A DNA stretch of 64,000 bases from Elusimicrobiota bacterium (GTDB lineage: Bacteria; Elusimicrobiota; Elusimicrobia; UBA1565): positions 32,001 to 96,000 of the forward strand of contig JBDRPD010000087.1 of assembly GCA_043827405.1 (NCBI GenBank), in the 5' to 3' direction. This document shows positions 8,191 to 19,066 of this stretch, piece after piece. Position numbers and translations under genes: made by a program. The notes beneath the pieces were generated by a model. It had not been told where the DNA came from, did no database searches, and saw only the letters and a program-made list of their open reading frames with translations. Numbering within the stretch: the first letter of the stretch is position 1; the number at the start of each line of letters is the position of its first letter.

Positions 8191-10661
8191 AGACCGCTGC
8201 GCCGCCGCCGCCCGTCAAGACCGTCGCCGCCAGCCCTTGGGAGGAGCCTTGGCTCACCGCGCCCCTGGCGAAACTGACGGCGGCCGACGCCCGCTGCGGC
8301 TGGTCGCTCAACGCCGAAGAGCTCAAGACGATACAGGCGCACTTCCGCACCCTCGACCGCGAGCCGACGCACGCCGAGATAGAGACCATCGCCCAGACCT
8401 GGTCGGAGCACTGCAAGCACAAGACCTTCACCAGTCCCATTTGCTATCAGGAAGGCCGCAGCAAAAAGCGCTATAAAAGCCTGCTCGACGAAACGATCAA
8501 GGCCGCGACCAAGCGCCTCAATAGAAGTTGGTGCCTCTCCGTCTTTTCCGACAACGCGGGGGTCGTGCAATTCGACAAGAAATGGGCCCTCGCCTACAAA
8601 GTCGAGACGCACAACCATCCCTGCGCCATAGAACCGTACGGCGGCGCGGAAACGGGCGTGGGCGGCGTGATCCGCGACATTCTCGGCGTAGGTTTGGGCG
8701 CGAAACCCATACTCAATACCGATATCTTCTGCTTCGCCCCGCCCGACTATAAGGGCACGCTGCCCAACGGCACCCTGCACCCGCGCCGCACCATGAAGGG
8801 CGTGGTCTCAGGCGTCCGGGACTACGGCAACCGCATGGGCATCCCGACGGCCTCCGGAGCGATCTGGTTCGACGAAGCCTACCGGTTCAACCCCCTCATT
8901 TTTGTGGGCACGGTCGGTCTGATGCCGATCGGCGCCGTCAAGAAGCGCGTCGCCCCCGGCGACATCATCCTGGCGGTCGGCGGCCGCACCGGCCGCGACG
9001 GCATCCACGGCGCGACGTTCTCCTCCGCCGACCTCAACGGAAGCGAGGGAGCGTCCGTGGTTCAGATCGGACACGCGATCAATGAGAAGCGCATGCTCGA
9101 CGCCCTGCTGCGCGCGCGCGACCTAAAGCTCTACCGCGCGCTGACGGATTGCGGCGCCGGCGGCTTCTCTTCGGCGATCGGAGAACTGGCCGTTGACGCC
9201 GGCGCCCGCGGCGGCGCGAACGTTCAGCTCAAAGGCTCCCTACTGAAGGCGGCGGATCTCGATCCTTGGGAGATATGGATATCCGAATCGCAGGAGCGCA
9301 TGGTCCTGGCCGTCCCGCCCAAGAATCTTAAAGCGATCCAGGACCTGTTCGCGACGGAAGGCGTCGAAACCTGCGCCCTGGGCGCCTTCGCCAACACCGG
9401 ACGGCTTACCGTCCGCCACGATGGAGAAACCCTCGTGGATCTGGACCTGCGTTTCCTGCACAACGGCCTGCCGCGGCGCGAACGCAGCGCCGTATGGAAC
9501 CCGCCGGCGAAAAACGGCGCGGTCAAACGCGGCGGCCGGGAAGACGTACGCCGCCAAATACCCGATATTCTGCGGTGGATGCTCGCGCACCCCAACGTTT
9601 GCAGCCGCGAATGGGTCATCCGCCAGTATGATCACGAGGTTCTGGCCGGCACGGTAGTCAAACCGCTGCACGGCCTGCACCATGACGGCCCGGGCGACGC
9701 CAGCGTTTTCTGGCCGACCGCCGTCACCGGCGAAACGAAATCCTATAGGGGGCTGGCGGTCTCCCACGGCATCAACCCCAACTACGGCAAGATCGATCCG
9801 CACGCCATGGCGCTGCTCGCGGTTGACGAGGCCCTAGGCAACCTGGTCTGCGTGGGCGCGGATGTAAGCCGGGCGTCCATGCTTGATAACTTTTGCTGGG
9901 GCAACCCGGACGACCCGCAGACTTTGGGCGCGCTGGTGCGGGCCGCCCAAGGCTGCCACGATGCCTCGATCGGCTATGGCGTGCCGTTTATTTCCGGCAA
10001 GGACAGCCTCAATAATGAGTACACCGACCCCAAGGGCGTCCGGCACGCGATCCCGGGCACGCTGCTAATATCCGCGCTCGCCCCGGTACCCGATATCCGC
10101 AAAGCGGTCACCATGGATTTCAAGAATCCGGGCAACCCCATCTACCTGGTCGGCGCCACGCGCGACGAGCTCGGCGCGTCCCTATACGCCGAGTGGAGCG
10201 GGAAGCACGAAGGACGCCTGCCCGCGGTCGACTGCAAATGCGCCCGCGCGACGCTGGCGGCGGTACAGAACGCGAGCGCCAAAGGCGTTGTGCGCAGCGC
10301 CCACAACCTCTCCGAGGGCGGGCTGGCGGTCGCACTCTCCGAAATGGCGTTCTCGGGAGACATCGGCGCCCAGATCGACCTTGACCGCATGCTCCGCGCC
10401 AAGGAAATCTGCGACGAGGCGACGCTGCTGTTCTCGGAATCGCCGAGCCGGTTCCTGCTTGAAATAGACGCCGATAAGGAAAAGACCATCGCCAAGCTGT
10501 TCCGGGGAGTCCCGCTGGCGCGTATCGGCGCCACCATCGCCAACCCCGTCCTGCGCATCGTCAGCCTCGACGGACGGCTGTTGATGGAGGAAGGAGTACG
10601 CGAGCTCAAGGCCGCCTGGAAAGAGACGCTGCCGACCATGCTCGACGGGAGGAAACGATGA
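8187..10661 (+). CDS. purL: FGAM synthase synthetase subunit
   Basis: TWSEHCKHK, ETHNHP, GRDGIHGA, DCGAGG, SESQERM and ISGKDS motifs. Confidence 0.97.
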   Translation: MKTAAPPPPVKTVAASPWEEPWLTAPLAKLTAADARCGWSLNAEELKTIQAHFRTLDREPTHAEIETIAQTWSEHCKHKTFTSPICYQEGRSKKRYKSLLDETIKAATKRLNRSWCLSVFSDNAGVVQFDKKWALAYKVETHNHPCAIEPYGGAETGVGGVIRDILGVGLGAKPILNTDIFCFAPPDYKGTLPNGTLHPRRTMKGVVSGVRDYGNRMGIPTASGAIWFDEAYRFNPLIFVGTVGLMPIGAVKKRVAPGDIILAVGGRTGRDGIHGATFSSADLNGSEGASVVQIGHAINEKRMLDALLRARDLKLYRALTDCGAGGFSSAIGELAVDAGARGGANVQLKGSLLKAADLDPWEIWISESQERMVLAVPPKNLKAIQDLFATEGVETCALGAFANTGRLTVRHDGETLVDLDLRFLHNGLPRRERSAVWNPPAKNGAVKRGGREDVRRQIPDILRWMLAHPNVCSREWVIRQYDHEVLAGTVVKPLHGLHHDGPGDASVFWPTAVTGETKSYRGLAVSHGINPNYGKIDPHAMALLAVDEALGNLVCVGADVSRASMLDNFCWGNPDDPQTLGALVRAAQGCHDASIGYGVPFISGKDSLNNEYTDPKGVRHAIPGTLLISALAPVPDIRKAVTMDFKNPGNPIYLVGATRDELGASLYAEWSGKHEGRLPAVDCKCARATLAAVQNASAKGVVRSAHNLSEGGLAVALSEMAFSGDIGAQIDLDRMLRAKEICDEATLLFSESPSRFLLEIDADKEKTIAKLFRGVPLARIGATIANPVLRIVSLDGRLLMEEGVRELKAAWKETLPTMLDGRKR

Positions 10662-11431
10662 AAGCTCCCAAGATAATGATCCTCCGCACCGCGGGCACGA
10701 ATTGCGACGTGGAGACCGCCGCCGCCTTCAAGCTGGCCGGCGGCGCCCCCGAGATGGTCCATATCCGCGAGCTGAAAACCGGGAAGAAAAAGGTCTTCGA
10801 CTACGCCATCCTGGCCATCCCCGGGGGCTTCTCCTACGGAGACGACGTCAGCGCCGGCAGAATCCTCGCCAACGAGATCCGCAACCGGGTAAAGGATATC
10901 CGCGCCTTTATCCGCAGCGGCCGCCCGGTACTGGGTATTTGCAACGGCTTCCAGGCGCTGGTCAAGGCGGGCATCCTGCCGTACTCTCCCTCCGGCGAGC
11001 AGGTAGCATCGCTCGCCCACAACGACACCAACCGTTTCGAAACGCGCTGGGTACGGCTGCGGCTCAATCTGCAGAGCCAGTCGCTGTTCACGCAGGGGCT
11101 GCCGGAAATCATCGAGCTGCCCGTCGCGCACGCGGAAGGCAGGTTCGTCGTGAAGTCGCCCAAGATTCTGGAGACGCTGAAGAAGAGCCGCGCGATCATC
11201 ATGCAGTACGTCAACGAAGAGGGCAAATTTTCCGGCTTCCCCTACAACCCCAACGGCTCGCTGTTTAATATCGCCGCCATCACGAACCCCGAAGGGAACT
11301 GTCTGGGGATGATGCCGCATCCCGAGCGCTACACCACGCGCTACCATCATCCGAGCTGGACCCGGCACACGTTCGTGAAGGACGGGGTCGGTCTGGAAAT
11401 TTTCCGCAACGCCGTAAAGTACGTAAATTAG
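10658..11431 (+). CDS. purQ: FGAM synthase glutaminase subunit
   Basis: GTNCD, PGGFSYGD, GICNGFQ and GMMPHPER motifs. Confidence 0.97.
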   Translation: MKAPKIMILRTAGTNCDVETAAAFKLAGGAPEMVHIRELKTGKKKVFDYAILAIPGGFSYGDDVSAGRILANEIRNRVKDIRAFIRSGRPVLGICNGFQALVKAGILPYSPSGEQVASLAHNDTNRFETRWVRLRLNLQSQSLFTQGLPEIIELPVAHAEGRFVVKSPKILETLKKSRAIIMQYVNEEGKFSGFPYNPNGSLFNIAAITNPEGNCLGMMPHPERYTTRYHHPSWTRHTFVKDGVGLEIFRNAVKYVN

Positions 11432-11454
11432 CCGGCCCAGGAGGTGGCGGATCG

Positions 11455-12891
11455 ATGTGCGGTATCGTCGGCATTGCCGATCACAAGGATGCGTCTCAAC
11501 TCGCCTATCTAGGCCTGTTCGCGCTGCAGCACCGCGGCCAGGAGGCCGCCGGCATCATCATGTCCCATCGCGGACGGCTCGCCGGCCGCATCGCGCTGGG
11601 GCTGGTCGCGGAAGCGTTTCCGGAAGCGGCGCTCAGGAGCCTTAAGGGACGCACGGCCGTCGGCCACGTGCGCTACGCGACGGCGGGCGGCGGGGGTTTG
11701 CGCAACGCCCAGCCGCTCGTTTTCGCCACCCGCCACGGCCAAATCTCCGTATCGCACAACGGCACGCTGACCAATGCGCTGTCGCTGCGCCGCCGCCTGG
11801 AGCGCGACGGCGCGATCTTTCGCAGCACGACCGACAGCGAGGTCGTGGTGCACTTGATCGCCCGCCGCCAGGGAACGGTGGAGCAGGCGATCGCGGAATC
11901 CCTGCGCCTCCTGGAAGGCGCCTACTCCTTCATCTTCCAAACTCCCGACAAGCTCATCGCCGCGCGCGACCCCCTGGGCTTCCGTCCGCTGTGTCTCGGC
12001 CGGATCGGGCGCGCCTACGTCTTCGCCTCCGAGACCACGGCGCTTAATCACATGGGCGCGCGGCTGGTGCGCGAGATCGAGCCCGGCGAGATCGTGATTG
12101 TCGAAGGGCGCAAGCTGCGCAGCCTGCGCATTCTCGCTCCCCGCCGTGCTTCCGCCTTTTGCGTGTTCGAGCAGATTTACTTCGCGCGGCCCGACTCCAC
12201 CGTCTTCGGCCGCAGCGTACACGCCACGCGCCGCGCCCTCGGCCGGGAGCTGGCCCGCGAGATGTGGGGGCTGGAAGCGGACATCGTTGTTCCCGTCCCC
12301 GACTCCGGAGTCACCGCGGCTCTGGGATTCGCCGGCGAGTCCGGCGTACCGCTTGAGCTGGGCTTCGTACGCAGCCACTACGTTGGACGCTCCTTCATTC
12401 AGCCGGCGCAGATCCTGCGCGACAGCGCGGTATCTCTCAAGCTGGCGCCGGTGCGGGAGATTCTTAAGGGCAAGCGCATCGTGCTGGTGGACGACTCACT
12501 GGTGCGCGGAACAACATCGCAGCGCATCTGCCGCACCCTGCGCGAAGTCGGCGCCAAGAGCATCCACGTGGCGGTCTCCTCGCCGCCGATCATCTCTCCC
12601 TGCTACTACGGGATAGATACCCCGAGCGAGAACGAGCTGCTGTCGGCCAACAATACGCTGGAGCAGACCCGCCGCTTCCTGCATGCGGACTCCATCCACT
12701 TCCTGAGCATCGAGGGGATGCTGCGCGCCGCGAACGCGCCGTGCCGGCGGCGGATCTTCTGCACCGCCTGCTTCACCGGCCGCTATCCGACGCGCATCAC
12801 CGATTTCAGGATCGGGGAAAGCGCGCGCTGCATCGCGCTGCGCAACGGCCGAGCCGCCGCGCAGCCGCCGGACCCGGCGGTCAGGGCATGA
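11455..12891 (+). CDS. purF: Amidophosphoribosyltransferase
   Basis: N-terminal MCGI, LQHRGQE, GHVRY, VDDSLVRGTT; Fe-S cysteines. Confidence 0.97.
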   Translation: MCGIVGIADHKDASQLAYLGLFALQHRGQEAAGIIMSHRGRLAGRIALGLVAEAFPEAALRSLKGRTAVGHVRYATAGGGGLRNAQPLVFATRHGQISVSHNGTLTNALSLRRRLERDGAIFRSTTDSEVVVHLIARRQGTVEQAIAESLRLLEGAYSFIFQTPDKLIAARDPLGFRPLCLGRIGRAYVFASETTALNHMGARLVREIEPGEIVIVEGRKLRSLRILAPRRASAFCVFEQIYFARPDSTVFGRSVHATRRALGRELAREMWGLEADIVVPVPDSGVTAALGFAGESGVPLELGFVRSHYVGRSFIQPAQILRDSAVSLKLAPVREILKGKRIVLVDDSLVRGTTSQRICRTLREVGAKSIHVAVSSPPIISPCYYGIDTPSENELLSANNTLEQTRRFLHADSIHFLSIEGMLRAANAPCRRRIFCTACFTGRYPTRITDFRIGESARCIALRNGRAAAQPPDPAVRA

Positions 12892-14168
12892 ACGTCTTAC
12901 TCATCGGCTCGGGCGGCAGGGAGCATGCGCTGGCGTGGAAGATCGCACAGAGCCCGCGGCTGGACAAGCTCTACGCCGCCCCCGGATCGAGCGCCATCGG
13001 CGCGCTCGCCGAATGCGTCGAGCTCAGCGTTGCGGACCATGGCGCAACGACGGCCTTTTGCCGCGAGCACCGGATTCATCTCGTCGTCATCGGCCCGGAA
13101 GAGCCGCTGGCCGCCGGGCTGGCGGACGCTCTGCATGCGGCCGGCGTCCCGGTCTTCGGCCCCGCGCGCGCGACCGCGCGCCTGGAATCATCCAAGGCTT
13201 TCGCCAAGGATTTCATGCAGCGTCACGGCATACCGACCGCCGCCGGCGCCGACTTTTCCGATCCGGGCCTGGCGCGACGAGCTCTGGCCGCCTCCGATTT
13301 TCCGCTCGTTATCAAGGCGGACGGCCTGGCCGCCGGCAAGGGCGTAATTGTCTGCCGGGACATGGCGGAGGCCGAGGCGGCCGTCGAAGACCTCATGCTC
13401 AAGGGCGCCCACGGCGGCGCCGGCCGCCGTCTTATTATTGAGGAATGCCTTACCGGACCGGAAGTATCGATCATGGGCCTATGCGACGGCAAGAGGTTCC
13501 TCGCCCTGCCCCCGAGCTCGGATCACAAGCGCCTGCTCGAAGGCGACCGGGGGCCGAACACCGGCGGCATGGGCGTCATCGCGCCGACGCCGCACCTGAG
13601 CGGGGAGCTCGCCCGCCGCGTGCACCGCGAGATCATCGACCCCGTGCTCGCGGGGATGCGGGCCGACGGCCTGCGCTTCAACGGAGTACTTTACTGCGGG
13701 CTGATGCTGACGGCCGACGGGCCGAAAGTCCTCGAATTCAACGTCCGCTTCGGCGACCCCGAAACCCAGGCGGTTCTGCCGCTGCTGCGCTGCGACCTGC
13801 TGGAATGCCTCGACGCGGCCGCCTGCGGCGATTTAAACGAACGCATTCTGCCGTGGGACGGCGCCGCCTTTAATGTGGTGCTGGCCGCGGAAGGCTATCC
13901 GGAAGAACCCATCACCGGACGCATCATCGAGGGCCTCGACGCCGAGATGGACGACGAGGCGCTGGTCTTTCACGCCGGCACGGTGCGGGTGAACGGAGAG
14001 TGGAAAACGAAGGGCGGCCGGGTCCTGAGCGTTACCGGGCTGGGCCGCAACCTGGCGGACGCCCGTGAACGGGCCTACGCCGCGGCGGGCAGGATCCGTT
14101 TCGCCGGAGCGCAGTACCGCCGCGATATCGGGCATCAGGCCATCCGGCCTATGGAGAAAACGGCATGA
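12888..14168 (+). CDS. purD: Phosphoribosylamine-glycine ligase
   Basis: GSGGREHAL, KADGLAAGKGV, GPNTGGMG and EFNVRFGDPETQ motifs; ATGA overlap with purF. Confidence 0.97.
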   Translation: MNVLLIGSGGREHALAWKIAQSPRLDKLYAAPGSSAIGALAECVELSVADHGATTAFCREHRIHLVVIGPEEPLAAGLADALHAAGVPVFGPARATARLESSKAFAKDFMQRHGIPTAAGADFSDPGLARRALAASDFPLVIKADGLAAGKGVIVCRDMAEAEAAVEDLMLKGAHGGAGRRLIIEECLTGPEVSIMGLCDGKRFLALPPSSDHKRLLEGDRGPNTGGMGVIAPTPHLSGELARRVHREIIDPVLAGMRADGLRFNGVLYCGLMLTADGPKVLEFNVRFGDPETQAVLPLLRCDLLECLDAAACGDLNERILPWDGAAFNVVLAAEGYPEEPITGRIIEGLDAEMDDEALVFHAGTVRVNGEWKTKGGRVLSVTGLGRNLADARERAYAAAGRIRFAGAQYRRDIGHQAIRPMEKTA

Positions 14169-14656
14169 GCGGAATCGGCGCAGCGATCATAATGGGAAGC
14201 GACTCGGACCTGCCGGTGATGAAGAAAGCCGCCGAACTGCTGGACGATTTCGCCGTCGGCTACCGGATGACGATCGGCTCGGCGCATCGCAGCCCGGAAT
14301 ACGTAGCGGAGTTTGTACGCGCCGCGGAACAGGACGGGGTCGGCGTTTTCATCGCCGCCGCCGGCATGGCCGCGCACCTGGCGGGCGCCGTGGCCGGCCT
14401 CACGACGCGCCCGGTCATCGGCGTGCCCATGGGCTCCAAGCTGGCGGGCTTCGACTCCCTGCTTTCCACGGTACAGATGCCCCGCGGGGTGCCGGTCGCC
14501 ACGGTGGCGATCGACGGCGGCGCCAACGCCGCCCTTCTTGCCGTGCAGATTCTGGCCCTGTCCGACAAGACGCTCGCCGAGCGGCTCACCGCGCACAAGA
14601 AGGAAATGGCGGCGGCGGTCCGCCGCCAAGCCGAAGCTTTGCATTCGCATGCCTGA
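14165..14656 (+). CDS. purE: N5-CAIR mutase / AIR carboxylase
   Basis: MGSDSD, SAHRSP, AAHLAG and [11 protein letters not shown] motifs. Confidence 0.95.
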   Translation: MSGIGAAIIMGSDSDLPVMKKAAELLDDFAVGYRMTIGSAHRSPEYVAEFVRAAEQDGVGVFIAAAGMAAHLAGAVAGLTTRPVIGVPMGSKLAGFDSLLSTVQMPRGVPVATVAIDGGANAALLAVQILALSDKTLAERLTAHKKEMAAAVRRQAEALHSHA

Positions 14657-15941
14657 CCTGCGCATCGCCAACGGCCTCATCATCGACCCCGCATCGGGGC
14701 TGGAAGCCCGCCGCGACCTGCTGGTCCGCCGGGGCAAGGTCGCCGCCATCATCCCCCCGCGCAGCAAAACGCCGACGGCCAGGATCATTGATGCCGCGGG
14801 CTGCTGGGTCGTCCCCGGACTGATCGATATGCATGTGCACCTGCGCGATCCGGGTACGCCGGAAGACGAGACCCTGGAGACCGGCACGCGGGCGGCAGCC
14901 GCCGGCGGCGTGACCACGGTGCTGGCGATGGCCAATACCCGGCCCGTCATCGACACCCCCCAACGAGTCCGCCGCGTCCGCGCGCATGCCCGGCGCCGCG
15001 CCGTCGTCAATGTCCTGGTCGCCGGCGCGGTAACCCGCGGCCTGCGCGGCGAGCGCCTCACCGCCCTCGAGCAGCTCGCCGCCGCCGGCGTCGCCGCCTT
15101 CTCCGATGACGGCCGTCCGGTCATGAACGCGGAGCTCATGCGGCAAGCGCTCCTGCGTGCCCGGCGGCTCAACCTGCCGGTGCTCGACCATGCGGAAGAC
15201 GACCATCTAACCGGCGACGGCGTTATGCACGCGGGCCGCCGCGCGACCCGGCTGGGGCTGCCCGGAATCCCCGCCGCCGCGGAAACTTTGATGGCCATGC
15301 GGGATATCGCGCTCGCCGAGCTCACGGGCGGCCGCCTCCACATCTGCCATGTCAGCTGCGCCGGCACGGTCCAGCTCATCCGGAAAGCAAAGAAGCGCGG
15401 AGCGCCGGTGACCGGCGAGGCCGCGCCGCACCACTTCACTTTGACCGACGCCGATATCCCGCGCGCGGGCGCCGATTACAAGATGAAGCCTCCGCTGCGC
15501 GGGCGCGCCGACCGCAAGGCTATCATCGCCGGCCTGGCGGACGGGACCCTGGACGCCATCGCGACCGATCACGCGCCTCACGCGCCCGCGAAAAAGGCGC
15601 GCGGCCTGCGCACGGCGCCGTTCGGCATCATCGGCCTGGAAACTTTGCTCCCCCTGTCGCTGGCGCTCGTCAGGCGCGGACAGCTGACCCGCCGGCGTCT
15701 GATCGAATTGCTCTCCGCCGCTCCGGCCGCGATCCTCGGCCTAAAGACCAAGGGGCATCTCCGCCCGCACCGTGCCGACGCTGATATTACGATTATCGAC
15801 CCGCAAGCGTGCTGGCGAGCCCCGCGCCGCGGCGCCTCGCGCAGCCGCAATACGCCGTTTGCCGGACGCCGGCTGCGCGGACGGGCCCGCGCCACTATCG
15901 TCGGCGGCGAAGTCGTCCATCTGCAGGAGGCCGTGCGATGA
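14649..15941 (+). CDS. pyrC: Dihydroorotase, class I
   Basis: [28 protein letters not shown] and ATDHAPH motifs. Confidence 0.93.
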   Translation: MPDLRIANGLIIDPASGLEARRDLLVRRGKVAAIIPPRSKTPTARIIDAAGCWVVPGLIDMHVHLRDPGTPEDETLETGTRAAAAGGVTTVLAMANTRPVIDTPQRVRRVRAHARRRAVVNVLVAGAVTRGLRGERLTALEQLAAAGVAAFSDDGRPVMNAELMRQALLRARRLNLPVLDHAEDDHLTGDGVMHAGRRATRLGLPGIPAAAETLMAMRDIALAELTGGRLHICHVSCAGTVQLIRKAKKRGAPVTGEAAPHHFTLTDADIPRAGADYKMKPPLRGRADRKAIIAGLADGTLDAIATDHAPHAPAKKARGLRTAPFGIIGLETLLPLSLALVRRGQLTRRRLIELLSAAPAAILGLKTKGHLRPHRADADITIIDPQACWRAPRRGASRSRNTPFAGRRLRGRARATIVGGEVVHLQEAVR

Positions 15942-16633
15942 GAAAATGCGCCCTCGGGCTGCTGCTCCTCGGCGCCGCTTTGGCCGCCTGCGATGACGGA
16001 GCATCGCAGCAGGAACCCGCGGAGGAAGCCGCGCCGGCGGGAAATGTCTCCTCGTCCGGCGGCGGCGGCGGACAGGTCAGCGTGCAGCGCAACCCCCAGG
16101 CGCGCGGCGCGATCGAAGAGCGCTACGAAAAGGCCCTGCAGTCCATAAAGAAGCGCGAGTGGGACAATGCGCATGACGAGCTGACCGACGCCCTCAAGCG
16201 CGGACAAGGCCACGCGATGGAAAGCGATATTCGCCAGCAGATCAAGGTCGCCGAGCAGGGCCTCCTCGCTCAGCCGACCTACGAGGCGGCCGACCTGATG
16301 CAGAACTCCGCCAATTTCTTTGGCCGCCGGGTCTCGGTGCGAGGAACCCTTGTCCCCGGCGGTAAAGTCGGCCGGGCATCCCATTACTTTTGGATCCGTA
16401 CCGCCCGGCGCAAAATCCAGGCCCGCTACGGCAAGCTCTCCCTCGACGACAAGAAGACCATCCTCCTGCTGAAGGAAGGAGCGCTCGTGCTGGGACGCGG
16501 CTCCCTGAAGGAGCCCTGGGGCACCAACCCCAACCCCTACCTCGAACTCTCTTATTTCCGGCTGGAAAAGCTCTCGCCGGAGCGCGCGGCGGCGCAAAAG
16601 AAGCGCCGCGCCGGCGAGCAGGATGCGCCATGA
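15938..16633 (+). CDS. Hypothetical lipoprotein
   Basis: [18 protein letters not shown] lipobox; ATGA overlaps on both sides; helical region followed by a beta-rich OB-like C-terminus. Confidence 0.75.
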   Translation: MRKCALGLLLLGAALAACDDGASQQEPAEEAAPAGNVSSSGGGGGQVSVQRNPQARGAIEERYEKALQSIKKREWDNAHDELTDALKRGQGHAMESDIRQQIKVAEQGLLAQPTYEAADLMQNSANFFGRRVSVRGTLVPGGKVGRASHYFWIRTARRKIQARYGKLSLDDKKTILLLKEGALVLGRGSLKEPWGTNPNPYLELSYFRLEKLSPERAAAQKKRRAGEQDAP

Positions 16634-17718
16634 GCCTCTACGAGCAGGTCCTGCGGCCGCTGCTCTTCCGCCTCGACCCGGAGACGGCGCACGACTGCGC
16701 GGCCCGCGTACTTGAGCTGGCCGGACGCACGCCCTTCGCATATGACCTGATCGCCGCCTCCCGCACCTTCAGCGACCCCGCGCTCAAGAGCGAAACGGCG
16801 GGGCTGCGCTTCCCCAACCCCGTGGGTCTGGCCGCCGGCTTCGACAAGGACTGCCGCCTCGCGGATATCCTGCCGGCTTTCGGTTTCGGCTTTCTGGAGC
16901 TGGGCACGGTCACCGCCCGCCCGCAGCCGGGCAATCCCAGGCCGCGCCTGTTCCGGTTCCCGAAATCCCGGGCGCTGATCAACCGCTTCGGCTTCAACGG
17001 CGCGGGCGCCGACGCGGCCCGCGAGCACCTGCGGCTCCGGCGACGGCGCCTGGTCCCGGTCGGGATCAATATCGGGCTCAACGCCGACGCGGCGCAGCAA
17101 GACGCTCCCGAGGAGTACGCGCGGACCTTCGCCAAGCTTTACCCGCACGGCGACTATTTCGCGGTCAACGTCAGCTCGCCCAACACCAGCGGCCTGCGCC
17201 GCCTGCAGGACAAGCTCGAGCTGGAACGTATCCTGCGCCGCCTGCAGGACCTCAACGGCGACCGCAAGCCGATCTTCGTCAAGCTCTCGCCCGATCTGGA
17301 CCTCGCGGCGCTCGACTCGCTGCTGCCCATGCTCGAAGCGCACGCCGCCGGCGTCATCTGCACCAATACCACGACCTCGCGGCCGGACGTTGACGACGAA
17401 GCCGCCGCCACCCGCGGCGGCCTGAGCGGCGCGCCGCTGCGCGACCTCTCCACCCTCATGATCCGTGAGATTTATCGCCGAACCGGCGGGCGGCTGCCCA
17501 TTATCGGCGTCGGCGGAATCTTCACCGCCGAAGACGCCTACCAAAAGATCTGCGCCGGCGCGAGCATTGTCCAGATTTACACTTCTTTCATCTACCGCGG
17601 CCCCGGGCTGCCGGCGGCCATCAACCGCGGCCTGGCGCGCATCCTGCGCGAGCAGGGGCTCAAGAATATCGGCGCGGCGGTCGGCCGCTCGCATACCGTG
17701 GGAACGGGGGCCGGATGA
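16630..17718 (+). CDS. pyrD: Quinone-dependent dihydroorotate dehydrogenase, class 2
   Basis: DPETAH, GLAAGFDK, NRFGFN, NVSSPNT, KLSPD and GGLSG motifs. Confidence 0.96.
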   Translation: MSLYEQVLRPLLFRLDPETAHDCAARVLELAGRTPFAYDLIAASRTFSDPALKSETAGLRFPNPVGLAAGFDKDCRLADILPAFGFGFLELGTVTARPQPGNPRPRLFRFPKSRALINRFGFNGAGADAAREHLRLRRRRLVPVGINIGLNADAAQQDAPEEYARTFAKLYPHGDYFAVNVSSPNTSGLRRLQDKLELERILRRLQDLNGDRKPIFVKLSPDLDLAALDSLLPMLEAHAAGVICTNTTTSRPDVDDEAAATRGGLSGAPLRDLSTLMIREIYRRTGGRLPIIGVGGIFTAEDAYQKICAGASIVQIYTSFIYRGPGLPAAINRGLARILREQGLKNIGAAVGRSHTVGTGAG

Positions 17719-18479
17719 CCGACGTTATCGTCGCGCTCGATGTGGACACCATACAGGAAGAGGAGCGCCTCCTGGATCAGCTGAAGGGGACGATCCGCTA
17801 CTACAAGATCGGGCTGCGGCTGTTCACCGCGCACGGCAAGCGCGCGGTTGATCTTGTGCACCGGCAGGGCGGACGGGTTTTTCTCGATCTCAAGTTCCAC
17901 GATCTGCCGCAGACCGTATCCGACGCCGTGCACGAAGCGCAGAAAATGCACGTCTATTCCTTAAGCCTGCACCTATCGGGAGGAATCGACATGCTGCACG
18001 CCGCGGCCGCGGTCCATCCGCGGCCGAAGCTATGGGGCGTGACGGTGCTGACCAGCTTAACCACGACCGACCTCCGCATTCTGCATCCCAAAGCCGCGGT
18101 GCACCCGACGGTACAGCGTCTGGCCAAGACGGGCGTCGCGCATAAAATCGACGGGATCATCTGCTCGGGGCAGGAGGTCGACCTCCTGCGCAAAAAGCTC
18201 GGGCCCGACACCTGCTTTATCACGCCGGGCATACGCCCGAAAGGCTACCAGCGCCACGATCAGAAGCGCATCATTACGCCGGGCGAGGCGGCGCGCCTGG
18301 GCATCCGCTTTGTGGTGATCGGACGGCCGATCACCAAGGCGAACAGCCCGCTCGCCGAGGCGCAGAAAATCCTCACCGAGATGAAGAACGCCGCGCCCGC
18401 GAGCCTTCTGGAAGGACCCGCGCGCGAAAGCGCGCCGGAGCTCGGCCGCAACCGGGAATTCAAAACGGAGGACGCGTGA
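17715..18479 (+). CDS. pyrF: Orotidine-5'-phosphate decarboxylase
   Basis: VALD, DLKFHDLPQT, VTVLTS, TPGIRP and GRPIT motifs. Confidence 0.95.
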   Translation: MTDVIVALDVDTIQEEERLLDQLKGTIRYYKIGLRLFTAHGKRAVDLVHRQGGRVFLDLKFHDLPQTVSDAVHEAQKMHVYSLSLHLSGGIDMLHAAAAVHPRPKLWGVTVLTSLTTTDLRILHPKAAVHPTVQRLAKTGVAHKIDGIICSGQEVDLLRKKLGPDTCFITPGIRPKGYQRHDQKRIITPGEAARLGIRFVVIGRPITKANSPLAEAQKILTEMKNAAPASLLEGPARESAPELGRNREFKTEDA

Positions 18480-19066
18480 ACAGCGACGAGCTCAAGGGCA
18501 TATTCCGCGACGCGGGCGCGCTTCTCAGCGGACACTTCAAGCTGTCGTCGGGCCGGCACAGCGGCCAGTATTTCCAGTGCGCGCTCGTCCTGTCCGACAC
18601 CCGGACCGCGCGCCTCCTCGGCGAAGAGCTCGCCGCCCTGCTGCCCCGCGAATGGGGCCGGCCGGAAACGGTCGTCGGGCCGGCCCTGGGCGGGGTGATC
18701 ATCGGCCACGAGACGGCCCGCGCCCTGAACGCCCGCTCGATCTTCACTGAAAGAAAGGACGGAAAGATGTCTTTGCGGCGGGGCTTCGCGGTGCGCCCGG
18801 GAGAGAAAGTCCTCATCGTCGAGGATGTCGTCACCACCGGAAAATCCTCCGGCGAAACAGCCGCGCGGCTGCGCGAACACGGCGCCGTTGTTATCGGCAT
18901 CCTCGGCATCGTTCAGCGCGGAGCGGAAGACCCCGAGCTCGGCCTCCCCGTCCGCTGTCTGGCCCACCTGCCCGCGGTGAGCTATGAGGAAGCGGACTGC
19001 CCGCTGTGCGCCAAAGGCATTCCCGTTGTTAAGCCGGGCAGCCGCACAAAGGAGACCCCATGCTGA
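18476..19066 (+). CDS. pyrE: Orotate phosphoribosyltransferase
   Basis: GHFKLSSGRHS, VEDVVTTGKS and KPGSR motifs. Confidence 0.95.
   Translation: MNSDELKGIFRDAGALLSGHFKLSSGRHSGQYFQCALVLSDTRTARLLGEELAALLPREWGRPETVVGPALGGVIIGHETARALNARSIFTERKDGKMSLRRGFAVRPGEKVLIVEDVVTTGKSSGETAARLREHGAVVIGILGIVQRGAEDPELGLPVRCLAHLPAVSYEEADCPLCAKGIPVVKPGSRTKETPC

Noticed and set aside
12741..16629. Long N-terminal extensions of purD, pyrC and pyrD in the ORF track
   Set aside because: They overlap upstream genes; conserved domains begin at the coupled ATGs 12888, 14649 and 16630
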